Source: Eledone cirrhosa (lineage: Eukaryota). Taken from it: 64,000 nucleotides of DNA. Under the pieces are notes generated by a model that worked only from the letters and a program-made list of their open reading frames with translations, did not search any database and was not told the DNA's origin. Position 1 is the stretch's first letter. Every line of letters starts with the position of its first letter. The translations under genes and the position numbers were made by a program. Shown here one piece after another: positions 13,480 to 32,160 of this stretch. The stretch lies in assembly GCA_964016885.1 (NCBI GenBank), contig OZ024745.1, forward strand, positions 20,398,001 to 20,462,000. Reading direction: 5' to 3'.

Positions 13480-13827
13480 AGATAATAGAAGAAAGAAGAA
13501 ATTAATCAACGAAAGAATGGAAGAGAGGGTGGGAGTGACAGACTCTGCACCCCTCAAAATGCTGCAGGTATTCCTGGGGAATTAGGGATATCCTATGCAG
13601 AATTTAAGTGAGCTTCATGACAACGTACAGTTTAAATGCACTTTAAGCTTGGTCTGTGATATTTGTGGTCATATATACCTTTCAAAGTCTGGTCTTACTT
13701 GTCAGATCAAACTATGCTTAACTTTTAATCCCGAAATATGATAATCGATAAATAAACTATCAGTTAATACACAAAAATCTTCGTTGTTTTCAATGGTTTC
13801 AAATGTTACCGTTCATTTTGCATTGTT

Positions 13828-14010
13828 GTGAAGGCACGTGGCTTAGAGGTTAGAAAATTGGATTCGCAATCGTGAGGTTGCGAGTTTGATTCCCGGACAG
13901 GGTAGTCTCCACAAGAATTTGTCTGTGTTGAGGGCTACCAGTCTAACGTTTCGTAAATGAGCTTTTATATCACTGCCCTGACCAAGGCGCTTTATTTCAC
14001 GTTGCTCTAT
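13828..14010 (+). mobile_element. tRNA-derived SINE, family B (diverged)
   Basis: gtgaaggcacgtggcttagaggttag A-box-like, gagtttgattcccgg B-box-like, tttcacgttgct downstream. Confidence 0.65.
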
Positions 14011-14029
14011 CTACTAGGAGTTGTGACAG

Positions 14030-15010
14030 GTAAATAGCATCAACACCTGGAAACACTGTTTCTTTGGTCCAATATGTTGTTTCTCTTGCTGAATCTTTTA
14101 TTAGGCTACATGCACTGAAAGATCTTGTATATAATTGGTAAATCTTTGACAATATACTGTATCTTCAATCTTGGTTCTCAGACTGGTAATATTTCTGTTG
14201 TTGAATCTTTTAAAAGCCTCCATGTGCTGAAAGATCTTGTTTATAGTTGGTAGATCCTAGACAATATATGGCACCTCTAGTTTTGGTAGGTTTTTATTGA
14301 TCAGCTTCAAGATGTCCTATCTCTCTCTCAGACTGGTAGTTTCTGCACTGGAAAAAAGTGCCAAAATGTTTCTGGGTAGTCCCCACAAGAAGTCATTCTC
14401 TACAACCTGTTCATGACAAAATATAGTTCAAAGGTATATAGCCCGTTTAAAGTCAGTATAATTGTTGTTTATTAACATTGTGCAGTGTCTGATATATTTT
14501 AAAAGTTAACCTGATCTGGTGTAGACAATGGAGGATTGAAATTTGGGCACCAATCTCGAGATACTTCCCCTAATTTTTCCTACCGTTGACTAATTATATT
14601 TTTGCTAAATGATTTCACTTGTGATAGAATTGAAATGTAGTCTATATCTATTATTTCCCTTTGTGTCCATCCCCTCACGTTGCTAATTCATCTGCTTTCC
14701 TACTTCCCCTAATATCTTTATGGCGTGATATACAAATCATTGCTATTTCTATATTATTTTCTGATATATAGTTATCTATTTTTAGCAGAACACTCTCAAT
14801 ATCTCCAACCCGACCTCTTTTTCTTGATTGAAATAGTTCTATGTTCGATAAACTATCAGTAAATAGGAAACCTTTTTACCATGGCATCTTTTTAATTGAG
14901 TTTATGAATGATACTGTTACCCACCACTCTGCATCAAATATTGTGAAATCCATATCTCTATTATCGTTTTCAAAAGACCAAGTAACTCCACATTCCATTC
15001 CACTCTCTGA
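14030..15010 (-). mobile_element. Old CR1/L2-type LINE relic with an internal duplication of about 110 bp
   Basis: Minus strand agtctgagagagagatag resembles the SLERRR C-terminal motif; 14085-14195 is duplicated in 14197-14345. Confidence 0.35.
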
Positions 15011-15625
15011 AAATGCACCATCTTTATAATTGACCCAGTTGTTAAAACTGATTTACTGTGTGGTATTGCCATCAAATTATTTTGCTTCCTTTATTGAGTT
15101 TTAATTATTATTTAAATTTATTTAAATTTTAAACGATTTTAATTGTTCTACCTATGGAGGAAGCCAAATGTCATGTTTTCTTTACATTTAAACTTAACTG
15201 TTAGTAATTTATGTTTCCTAGATTCTTCTATCAACAAGTGAGTCAGAGTTAACTCTGCTTCACGAAACAGCTATTTTCGGAACAGATTTTACACAACCCA
15301 ATATAGTTTTGCTTATTTGATTACAAAATTTGTCGATAGGTTGAAGATAGCTTGTGGTTGAGCGTTGATGACTTTCCTATTATAAGTTGACTATAGTCTA
15401 TCCAAAGATTGTGTATCATGCAATATATGAGGTAATGTTTACAAATCTATTAGTGACTTCAAAAGACAGTGCTGTACCTCGAAATATAATTCGAAGTGAT
15501 GTGCACATAATTTTATGTATTTCCATCTACTGAACGGTTGAGTTCACCTATTGAAATATGTCTTTTTTTTTTAGAGAGGAACAACCATTAATAAACCTTC
15601 TGTTATGTGTTTTCTTATACTAATT

Positions 15626-15801
15626 GTTTCTACTTTTGACACAAGGCCAGCAATTACCCCAGTGTATTACTGGTACTTTATTTTATCGACCCCGTAAGGA
15701 TGAAAGGCAAAGTTAACCTCGGCGGGATTTGAACTCAGAATGGCAAGGGCCGTAACTCTATGCTCAAAGCATGGCGTCCGACCCTCTACCAATACTGCCA
15801 T
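15626..15801 (-). mobile_element. tRNA-derived SINE, family A
   Basis: High similarity to 55901-56083. Confidence 0.85.
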
Positions 15802-15993
15802 AATAATAATATTGTAAAATAACCGAGTTCAAATGAAATAGTTACCTATACTTACACACACATACACACACAGACACACACATACACACACATACACACA
15901 TGTACACACACAGACACACACATATACACACGCAGGCACACAGACACACACATATACACACACACACAGACACACACATATACACACACAGAC

Positions 15994-16035
<42 letters not shown>

Positions 16036-16053
16036 AGACACAAGTGCGAACCC

Positions 16054-16267
16054 CGCGGTGAATTGGCAGAACAGATAGAGTGTCGGACACCCTGCTTCGC
16101 GGTATAGAGTTACGGCCCTCTACATTCTGATTTCAAATCCTGCCGAAGTTAGCTTTGCTTTTCATCCTTACGGGGTCGATAAAATAAAGTACCAGTAATG
16201 TACTGGGGCAGATTTAATTGACCCTCCCCTCTCCCAAAATTGCAGACACCGTTCCTATATTAGAAAC
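16054..16267 (+). mobile_element. tRNA-derived SINE, family A
   Basis: gcggtgaattggcaga...ttcaaatcc...tttcatccttacggggtcgataaaataaagtaccag...tagaaac. Confidence 0.85.
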
Positions 16268-16889
16268 CAATATTCTAATTTTCCATATGCTTCATGTTTA
16301 ATACACTTCACTGTCCCTGAATTAAGCGGTTTTATTCAAATGCTCTTTCTCTATCAATAATCACCCTACAGGCAATGCTGTTTGTCAACCTTTATCCATC
16401 CAGGCGCTTTTATGCACAATTTCTTAGACTATTTTTCATAGTGAAAAAACAAAAAAACCTACATTGAAGCTTCTAACTGTAGGTTAATTTTCTATAAATA
16501 TATATTTTTAACCTTCAAATTTCTGTCAATCACATCTCTTTGATCTTATCACCGACTTTACAAAACGTTTTTTAGTCATTTTATTCCCATTGGTTAGTTA
16601 CATTCTCGTTTTCTTCTTATGAATATATTAACTATTTCTCTTTCTTTTGGCATGCCTTTTCTTTCTTCGTTTATTTTCTTCTTCAAAAGTAAATGAATAA
16701 ACCACACACAACTTATTACTCTAACCTTCGAACATATGCTTATATATTGAAATATTGATACAAATGTAAGGTGGATGTTACACACACACACACACACAGA
16801 CTAACACACACACATACATATATATATTTACATATATACATATGCATATATATAGATATATATAGAACTTCACTGTTGTTGATATATAG

Positions 16890-16983
<94 letters not shown>

Positions 16984-17668
16984 CTTCACTGTTGTTGAAA
17001 CACACACACACACGCACACACACACATATATATATATGTAAGTTTATTGTTGTTGGAATTCGGAAAGTCATCCAAGAAAGCCCCTTGAATATTGAGAGTT
17101 ATTTCTGTTTGTATTTGTTTACTTTAATATTTAGAATTATATTGTAGCATTATTCCAAAGAATGTGAAAATGGAGAATGAGGAGTAAGGGTAGTGTGGGG
17201 TGTGGAATGGGGGGTGGGGGTGGGGGTGGGGGTGAGGAATGGGGAATGGTTAGCGTATAAATAAACATCTGAAGAAAAAAATACCCCCATAGAACGAAAT
17301 AAATTAATAAACACGCCTATTGCTCTACACGTGTTTATGTGTATACGTGTGTTCTGTGTGTGTGTATGTATATGTGTGTGTCTGTATGTGTGTATGTGTG
17401 TGTGTGTATGTATGCAGGTGTGTGGTCTTGTATGTATATATGTGTGTATGTGTGTATGTGTGTGTGTATGTGTGTGTGTGTATGTGTGTGTGTGTATGTG
17501 TGTATGCGGGTGTGTGGTCTTGTGTGTATGTATGTGTGTATGTGTGTGTGTGTATGTATGTATGCGGGTGTGTGGTCTTGTGTGTGTGTGTGTGTGAATG
17601 TATGGGCAAATTTTTCTTCACTTAAAACTATAATCGATTATGATTTTGTTTGTTTTGATACAAAACAA

Positions 17669-17756
17669 AATCTACACCAGACATAAACATATACACTTAC
17701 ACACATATATACACACACATATATATATATACATATATACATATATACATATATAC

Positions 17757-17834
<78 letters not shown>

Positions 17835-17919
17835 GTATATATGTATATATGTATATATGTATATATATATATGTGTGTGTATATATGTGTGTAAGTGTAT
17901 ATGTTTATGTGTGGTGTAG

Positions 17920-17922
<3 letters not shown>
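17669..17922. repeat. Near-perfect palindrome centred on (TA)n
   Basis: aatctacaccagacataaacatatacacttac ... gtaagtgtatatgtttatgtgtggtgtagatt. Confidence 0.9.
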
Positions 17923-18002
<80 letters not shown>

Positions 18003-18020
18003 ATATATATATATATATAT

Positions 18021-18197
18021 AACGGAGGAAATGTGGTAAGGAACCAGGTGGACCATAACGCACCAAAGTACTCAATACTTAGGGTAGTAGAGTGGGTAAT
18101 AGGAACGAGTAGGACCCCGACGGCTGAGCTCAAGCCGTTTCGACGGCTTATTCGCCGTCGAAACGGCTTGAGCTCAGCCGTCGGGGTCCTACTCGTT

Positions 18198-18202
<5 letters not shown>
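18021..18202. mobile_element. Fold-back family F1 copy with palindrome 18099-18202
   Basis: Both arms carry the same private variants (ggaacgagtagg, ggctgagc); flanked by (TA)n. Confidence 0.9.
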
Positions 18203-18270
<68 letters not shown>

Positions 18271-18295
18271 GTATATATATATATGTATATATATA

Positions 18296-18354
<59 letters not shown>

Positions 18355-18360
<6 letters not shown>

Positions 18361-18556
18361 GAATAGCTCTCACCGTATTTTTGACTAAAGGAATTTTAGC
18401 GATAATGGGGTTTAGAACCCTCAGATAAATGGAAAAAGATGAGTATTGACGTACATGTACGTCAATACTCATCTTTTTCCATTTATCTGAGGGTTCTAAA
18501 CCCCATTATCGCTAAAATTCCTTTAGTCAAAAATACGGTGAAAGCTATTCTATTTT
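18355..18556. repeat. 202-bp loopless palindrome with one mismatch
   Basis: Axis gtacatgtac at 18451-18460; the same peptide start appears on both strands in the ORF track. Confidence 0.95.
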
Positions 18557-18602
18557 CTATTTCAAACCTCCTCACTGTTTCCAAACATACTTACTTGCCA
18601 TA

Positions 18603-18685
<83 letters not shown>

Positions 18686-18936
18686 GAGTGTGCATGTGTG
18701 TTCATGTGTGTGCGCAAACAAATGGGAGAAGTAATACTCCATACGTGCGTAGGGTGCTATATGTTTTATTATAGCTATGAAGCTATACCAGTTACTCGAG
18801 GGTAAGCAATTTTTTTAAAATAATAATAACAACAGCAGCAGCAACATTAATATTCTCTTTTATGAGTTCGCTCTGAACAGATTTTTTCGCACCTACTTTC
18901 ATTAAGCGGTTATGGTACAACAAGGTCGAAATTATC

Positions 18937-19063
<127 letters not shown>

Positions 19064-19836
19064 TTTATATATATATATATATATAAATAAATTATACAAT
19101 TATCAAACTTGTGTTCAAATCATTTAATAGCTGACAATCGTTTCTTCCAAACTCTCGTTTGAAATCATCGGAGCATTATCAATGTATGCACATATAATTA
19201 ACCTCCTATTCAACTGAACAATAATATAGATACATATAAATTGATGTTGTGAGCAAAAGTTTCGTATTTACAGGGTGGAATGGATTTGACATATATTTTA
19301 CGAGAATTGTATTCAAGTTCAAATTCAAATAAAAATAAAAATTAAAATTAAAAGCACGGAGTGGAATACATGCAACAGTTAAAACCAGGGAATAGTCCAA
19401 ATATTAAAGAGGCATTGAGGAAGCAGTTTTGAGAAAGGAAGAGTGCGATAACAAATCATATGCAGGCGTATGGATAGTGTGACTGCGTAAGTCATATACA
19501 TGAGAAGGAGACAAGCAAAGCTATTATGCATATAAAGACGAATAAATACTGCAGTTGAAGCAAATATGTTAATGTATTAGAGTCTATGGAATGGAATAGC
19601 AACATCACATCTTACAATTAAGGACAAAATGAAAACACACACACACATAGAACAAACAACCAACCAGTAACATGTAAATAAACAACCAAACAAACAAACA
19701 AATAAATAAACAAATATAAACACACACAGACACCCGGATGTAACACATGCGCAAACTAAGCACACAACACACACAAAAACAAGATGTCGTAGGACAGAAC
19801 AAAGGAGAGGCACAAAAACAAAGAAAATAATCCCCA

Positions 19837-19879
19837 GTCACTGAAGAGGTCACAGAATGTGTGACGAAAGAACTTTGAC
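19837..19879 (+). ncRNA. Minimal hammerhead-like motif
   Basis: gtca-CTGAAGA-g-gtcac/gtgac stem II-GAAA-gaac-TT-tgac; stem I gtca/tgac. Confidence 0.55.
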
Positions 19880-20304
19880 AATATATGAACAATCGTCTGG
19901 TTGTGTAACCAACCAACCAGCCAGAAATTTATAAATTCCTAAATTTATAAATTTAATTTATAATAAATTGAAGTGAAAGCATCTGGTGCGTGTGTTTCTT
20001 ATTGGCAACATGACCCTCTCAAAGCATAACAATATCAGTTTCAACACACGTTTTCAGATAAAGAATCTTGCTTAACAAATTCAGAAACTAAATATATATA
20101 TATATATATATATAAATACACCGTCATAATGTGTCACCTGTATTGCCAGCTAACAATAGCTGTGCGATAAATAAAGTAGGGTTAGTAAGAAGTTAATACT
20201 TATGGGTACCATGGAAAACAGCAGTTCTTATTTCTAGTTCCCTCTTTTACACCATTCCTTATATCATCTCTAAATAAAGATCAAGATCCTTTAATAACCA
20301 TTGC

Positions 20305-20349
20305 AATACTGATGACAGGGAGTAAGTAGTTCTTTGAAACACGATTATT
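20305..20349 (+). ncRNA. Degenerate hammerhead-like motif
   Basis: aata-CTGATGA-weak stem II-GAAACAC-GAT-tatt; cleavage triplet is not NUH. Confidence 0.3.
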
Positions 20350-21082
20350 TTTGGAATGAAACTTGAACTCTGCCGATATGCAATTTAGTTTGTATGCATA
20401 TTTTTTCATATTTCTTAAACTCAACTTTTTATTGAGTTCATCTGAGAGTGAAGGCGTGAGAGGAAGAGGAAGGGTCTAAGCAATACAGGGAGAAGGTGGA
20501 ATGGACCACTGCCCTAAACAAAGTAAATAATCAAAGGTGAGTGGAAAGGAGGAAACGACCTGTAGTGTAAGCCCAAAACAAGGACCAACCGTGATTAAAA
20601 ATTGATACACATACATGTATATACGTTTATATAATGTATCAACTTCCACGTAGAGTGTTATTAATTGCGGAATGAACTGAATATATGACCTGTGATTGTA
20701 AACGGGAGTGTAAACAAACCTGCTTTTCATAGTCAACAGATATTATCACCTTGTAATTTGAGCCCAGTAAAATTGATCGGGAGAGCAACCCAAGTTATTA
20801 TCTTAGGCTCAGTGCGTTTCATTATCTATATTTAACGATACTGAAAACATTATCCGCAGAAAAGGACAATTAGCTTTATATATACACCAATGACCATAGT
20901 TAACTCCTCTTTGAACCTTATGATGTAGCTGAATCGTTCAAACAACATTAGATGATACTGAACCACGAAAAGCATGAAGGGCGCATTAAATTTCCAAGGA
21001 TGGAACAAATTGAACAATTTATATGGAAATGATGGAATAGGGCGTTCAAGCATTAATAAAGAGTTGAAGCATGAAAATATTG

Positions 21083-21290
21083 ATTTCTAACTTTTGCAGA
21101 AGGCCAAATATTTGTAGTAAATTGATATAACCGATCAAATCGATCCTAGTACATTAATGCTTTTCATTTTATCTAAACTGAAGAGATAAAAGGCAAAAAT
21201 CAACCCCAATGGGATTTAAACTCAGAATGTAAAGGGGGTAACTAAAAACAGCATGGGATTTAGTCTGGCACTTTACCATTTCTGTCCTCT
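21083..21290 (-). mobile_element. SINE family A relic
   Basis: aaggcaaaaatcaacccc...gggatttaaactcagaatgtaaag motif order. Confidence 0.55.
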
Positions 21291-21459
21291 CGTCGTTCTC
21301 GAAGCATAACCATATTGGAAGTGCTCCAAGTATTGCAGCTCACTACAATTCTACATTAAAGTATGGCGCACTGAACTTCTGCACTTCCTTCTATTATAAT
21401 ACAAATCATTATCGGAATAAATATCTCAACATAGTCATATATGCACACACACATACACA

Positions 21460-21580
<121 letters not shown>

Positions 21581-22834
21581 ATGGACATATACATACACAC
21601 ACACACAAGCATATATATAGATACACACTCACACATATATATGTACCCATATACATAAACATTCTCACACACATACACACACATACATACACACATATAT
21701 AGATATATATCCACATTTACTATTACTGTTTACGCAACAACAGTAACAAAGGTGACCACGACATCAACAACAACAAGAACAGAACAATAAACATCAACAA
21801 AATGAAGCAACAAGAACAACAACAACAAAACCTACAAAAATATATAAAATTTCCGATACCCACCTCCAATCTTTTTATTTATTCACAAATTTCTGAAAGA
21901 ATATTTCTGTTATATGGAACGTGACCAGCAAAATGTAATCGATACTTAGAAGAATAACGATTTATTCATTCAGTTTTGTTATATATCACCTATGGCCTGG
22001 TGATGATGGTATCTAAAGTACTGAATCTATGGAATCGGTCTTAGGTTATTGGGAAAAAATATAGTGATTGAACCTAATTCGAACACATTTTTTTTTTACA
22101 GATTTACTGATCTTCCAGATCTCTCAGATTCGTGGATATAAGATTTCATCAGATTTAATTGTTAGTATGTAAGGTGGGATTTCGTTCCTTGGATAGGAAT
22201 CAGCTAAGCACCCGTGATATAACACAATTCCACGATTTATCGATGTTAATGTTCATAAAAAGCATCTGAGGAATATATCAGAGATCAATTGTATATGATA
22301 AATAAATACATAAAATAGATGTAGGGACAACAATATATCTACCTGTACTGGAAATTCACCAAAAAGTAAAGTGTTAATCACGAAACAAGAAACGTGAAAT
22401 TATTATCTTACGAAGCCACATATTTGCTATGACAGTTCATGTTTTAATTTGAATAACTGACCAGGCTCTTCTTCCTGTAATGAGGCACTGGAAGATCTAC
22501 AACAAGGTATGATGTCTGTAGTAGTGTGGTTTTCTTCTAATTATGTAGTCTGGGTACATGATGTTATAGGCCCATAGGTCCGGTTGGTTAATCGACATTT
22601 TAAGGATGTGACCAAAATATTTCATTCATTGTGGAGCAATAAAACGGTTAATAAGTTTGCTACTAACAATCTTCCTAATGTTTCCGTCTCTGATCCAATC
22701 CCTTATGATTTTACCAGCTGCTTATCAGAAGCATTTCATCTGAAAAATCGTACATTTTCTCTCTGGGGCTTTGTTCAGAGTCCAAATCTGATACTAGTAA
22801 CAATTGATCAGCCTGGCTTTGGTTTCCATAAATA

Positions 22835-23000
22835 TATTTGAGTGCTTAAGATGAGGTGCTATTTTGATCCATAGGTGTATTTTTTGAGTGGTTCAGAAGA
22901 GGTGCTATTTTGATCCATTGGTATATTTGAGTGGTTCAGAAGAGGTACTAGTTTGATCCATTGGTATATTTGAGTGGTTCAGAAGAGGTGCTATTTTGAT
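22835..23000. repeat. Tandem repeat of about 41 bp, about 4 units
   Basis: tatttgagtggttcagaagaggtgctattttgatccattgg repeated. Confidence 0.8.
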
Positions 23001-23213
23001 AGCTAGCTGAGTTTGTCTTCTAGACTCAAGCCAGAATTCAGAATGTTTCAGTCTAGCTTCCCATTCCAGTATACTAATGGGCTGGAAAAGTTTTGAATTT
23101 TATAAACTGAAGAAACTTATTGAATAATTATGCAGTCTGGTTAGTTACTTCCTGCTGACGAAATCAAATTGACAAAATATGTTACATATATTATTGACAC
23201 AAGGAATCTATCT

Positions 23214-23364
<151 letters not shown>

Positions 23365-23500
23365 AAATGTAATAATAATAAATGTGAAGACTAAAATTCA
23401 AAGAGGGCTCGATAAGGATAAATATATATCAAATATATAAGAACCCTAGAGCAAATATTTATTAAAACTTTAATCTGTTAGTTTAATAAATATATATATA
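23365..23500. mobile_element. Fold-back family F2 copy with collapsed hairpin
   Basis: Reverse complement of 58435-58535; the palindrome centre is missing. Confidence 0.75.
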
Positions 23501-23658
23501 TATATAAGTATATACATTGTACTGTGTCGTTTGCGTAGTTATTTCTGTTTACCTTTTACACACACACACATATGTATGTATGTAAAAATAATCAGAAATA
23601 ACAAAGCAAACGACATTGAAGAAATATATTAGTTTATTCTTGAACTAACAGGAAAGGA

Positions 23659-23697
23659 GTCTCAACGTTTCGGACACTAGTCCTTCATCAGAAGAGA
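23659..23697 (-). ncRNA. Minimal PLE-type hammerhead motif
   Basis: Minus strand tctt-CTGATGA-a-ggac-tagt-gtcc-GAAAC-GTT-gaga. Confidence 0.6.
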
Positions 23698-23989
23698 GAA
23701 ATATGAATAAAAGATAAAATAGAAAGATTAAGAGAAGAGGAAGGAATGGAAACAACATGTCCGTAAACATAACATCCATATTTTCTAGTACTACACAATT
23801 ATACAATGAGAGTGTGGCGCATGTGACCGCAACACAAGAGATGAAACCAAATAGGTCCAAAGGAGACCTTTACACATCCATACAAGACGACAAGGTATCA
23901 ATAATACCACACAGAGTACTGACCATGGCGACAGTGAAGAATTATACCATGTACATAATAACTAAAAAATAAGAAAGAATATCAAGTAG

Positions 23990-29365
<5,376 letters not shown>

Positions 29366-29819
29366 ATTGTTTAAGGCACATAATATCCAACCAAACTAGT
29401 AAATGGCATGAGTAAGCGAATTTGCAGCATACCCTCAAATATAAAAATGTCCAACCGTTCTGTTCCCCAGAATATCTACTCACCACACACAAAGAAAATG
29501 CCATACCTGAACCTATCTATCACCTATATGAAGTCTGAAATAGCTTCGATCAACGAACCTTCCTTATCGACCATCAAAAGATTGGTTTAGGTATGCAAAT
29601 GGTGTACTGGGAACACTCATCAAAAATATTAAACCGAAGCAGAAAAAATAACTTAGTTCAAACCACGGCTTTGAATATTCTTTTCTTATTAAGTACATCT
29701 CTCCCAGTTACGTTTAATTATTACAAGCTTTTCAATACGAACGATATTAAGTTTTGTATAGAAAATAAGTTGGAATTTATACAATTAATCAAGTTATCTT
29801 CAATTCGGTATTTGTCCCA

Positions 29820-30237
29820 ACCCTTACCTATGGTCATGAATCTTGTGTAATGGCCGAAAGAATACGATCGTGAATACAAGCGGCCGAAATGGGGTTCCCC
29901 GAAGGGTCTTTGGAGTAACGTTACTCGATAGACTGCGTAGCTCGGAGATCAAATAATCACTCCAGGTAGAGTCGCTACTTGAGAGATACCAGCTCCGATA
30001 CTATGAGAATGTGGTTAGAATGTCTCAAGAAAGAATCGCTGGACAGGCAAAACCATCAGGTAGGAGATCTCAGGGGTAAACTCCGAGTAAGGTGGTTGGA
30101 TAACATCTATGAGCTTGGCTGGTCTCAGGTAGAAGAAGAAGAAGAAGAAGAAGAAGAAGAAGAAGAAGAAGAAGAAGAAGAAGAAGAAGAAAAAGAAGAA
30201 GAAGAAGAAGAAGAAGAAGAAGAAGAAGAAGAAGAAG

Positions 30238-30266
<29 letters not shown>
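29820..30266 (+). mobile_element. RTE (Expander/Rex3-like) LINE 3' relic with (GAA)n tail
   Basis: Translates with lesions to ERIRS*IQAAEMGF..RVFGVTLLDRLRSSEI; (GAA)n at 30131-30266. Confidence 0.7.
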
Positions 30267-30268
<2 letters not shown>

Positions 30269-30619
30269 CAAGTTTGAGAACTAAATAAAATAGTCTAGTA
30301 ACGGGGCATATAAAGCGACTGATAAGGGTGGGTAACAGCACAGTTATGGCAAATACGGCAAAGCCTTCTATTTCTCTTTCAATTTTAAACTTCGCTCGCC
30401 GCTTTCTAAACATACTTTCAATGAGTCAAGTATTTTCTGGTTAAGTTAAGGAAGTCCTTGGAGAGAGTTCTGGTAGGTGGCGGTTTAATGAGTTTTGTAC
30501 CACATGAGATATCTTTTTATTCCTCCGTTTTGGGATTGTTGTTAGCTAGGATGTATTTTCTTGTTTGTTTGTATCTGCGGTCACTAAGCTTCAAGTTGTT
30601 TTATATATGTAGGTCGTTG

Positions 30620-30875
30620 TTGTACCCTAGTGATAAGGGTGTTGGACTTATGATCATAATGTCATAGGTTTCGTTCCTGGACTGAGTTGTGTGTTATGTT
30701 CTTGAGCAAAAGACTTCTTTTTACGTTGCTGAAAATGAGTACCAGCAATAACTGGGGGTGTAACCCTGGGATTGACTAGTGTTCTGTCCAGGAGGATGTC
30801 TTGTAATCTCAGATGCTTCAGGCCATGGAAAAGAACCAGCCTGATGAGCTTCCAGACTCGAGGCAGTCTTTAATT
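30620..30875 (+). mobile_element. tRNA-derived SINE, family B
   Basis: Degenerate A and B boxes, then gttcttgagcaaaagactt...acgttgct...aatgagtacc. Confidence 0.7.
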
Positions 30876-30879
30876 TTTG

Positions 30880-31600
30880 TTGTTGAATCATACTTTGGTG
30901 GGTGATAATTTCAGGAATGTATAAGATGTTTTAGAAAAGTTTCTTGTTTATTATGGAGAACATGTGTATATGTAGTTTATTAATCACATCATTGTTTCTT
31001 TTGTATCGAACTCGGGGGCAATTTATGTTGAGAGTACCGTCAATGACCTGTATTGGAATTGTTTGACCTGAAAAGTAATATCTTTTCTAAGTCATTCAGT
31101 GATGATCAAGAAATCATCATCCTTGTATAGACCGTGAAATTAGCACAGGAAAAATACACAGACAAGGTAACGCACTTCTTGGAATAAAAAATGCCCGTGT
31201 TGATGTTAAAAGTCTCTTTAAAATTGTTTCTACACAAATATTGTCATCGAAAGAAACAATTCCAGTGTTTTTCTTGTATGTAGAATAATCTTCTTATCTT
31301 CCGATGGGATAGGGGAAAGTAAGTTGGCATAGGAGAGTGCTTTTAGAAATAGACTTTGCGTGATAGATGGGTAGTAATTGCTAATCTCAACTTGTGTAAA
31401 CGTATATTTATTTCTGTGTTGTATGGATTTAAAACATTTTATTACAGGATTTTTGCTAGAGCAATAAAGCGAGTTGAGAGTTTTTCTGAAGGGGGTGATT
31501 ATTCTAAGATTATTTTGCTTCCTTTACTTAATGATCGGCTCAATCTGGTTGATGGTTTTGTGTAAAACTTAGGTTGTGCTGCTTGAAAATTATAGCAGTG
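30880..31600 (-). mobile_element. Degenerate Penelope-like RT relic
   Basis: Minus-strand peptides FTQVEISNYYPSI (DI..FYPSI-like) and FHGLYKDDDFLII (GLYRDD-like) in the correct order. Confidence 0.65.
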
Positions 31601-31809
31601 CTTTTTAGTGCTTGTGACTAGCTTTGATCTTTTATGCTTTGATTCGTGACAATTGTGCGGTTTCACGTTAATATCAACATATATTCAAATATATATTTTG
31701 GAGGTGTCTGTTTTGAAGTTCGATAAAGACCGTATGTGTATTTGTGTTGCTAATTTGTTTCTTACACCACCTTTGTTCTGCTTGAACGCATATAGACACT
31801 GTTTGTATT

Positions 31810-32025
31810 TTAACTCTTTAGCATTTACATTACTCTAAATTTACTATAGTATTTTCACGGTGAAAGATTTATCTCACATAATATCGAATCTATGAGATTT
31901 TGATGCTATTTATTTTGAGAACAATACCTTAACTTCACTATGAGTGGCTAGTTACGACCGGTTTAAACAGAAAGAGGTGAGAGGATTCTGGCCAGATATG
32001 GCCGCTTTAAATGCTAAAGGGTTAA
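31810..32025. mobile_element. piggyBac-type MITE
   Basis: TTAA on both sides, TIRs ctctttagcattta / taaatgctaaaggg; inverted relative of 56676-56904. Confidence 0.8.
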
Positions 32026-32160
32026 AGCGATGTTATTTTGTTATTAACGTTTCAATTATTTATTTTTACTAGAGTTGTTAATGTAGATGTAAGTAATGTT
32101 TCTTATCAAGAGACTGAGGTATCTCGCGAATTTACTAAAAAAGAGAGCTGGGAGTCAATT

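Noticed and set aside
17187-17250. G-quadruplex-capable tract as a regulatory element
   Set aside because: G runs are present, but there is no gene context or other support for function
30841-30865. CTGATGA as a hammerhead core
   Set aside because: Lies in a SINE B 3' region; no GAAA or stems I and III follow
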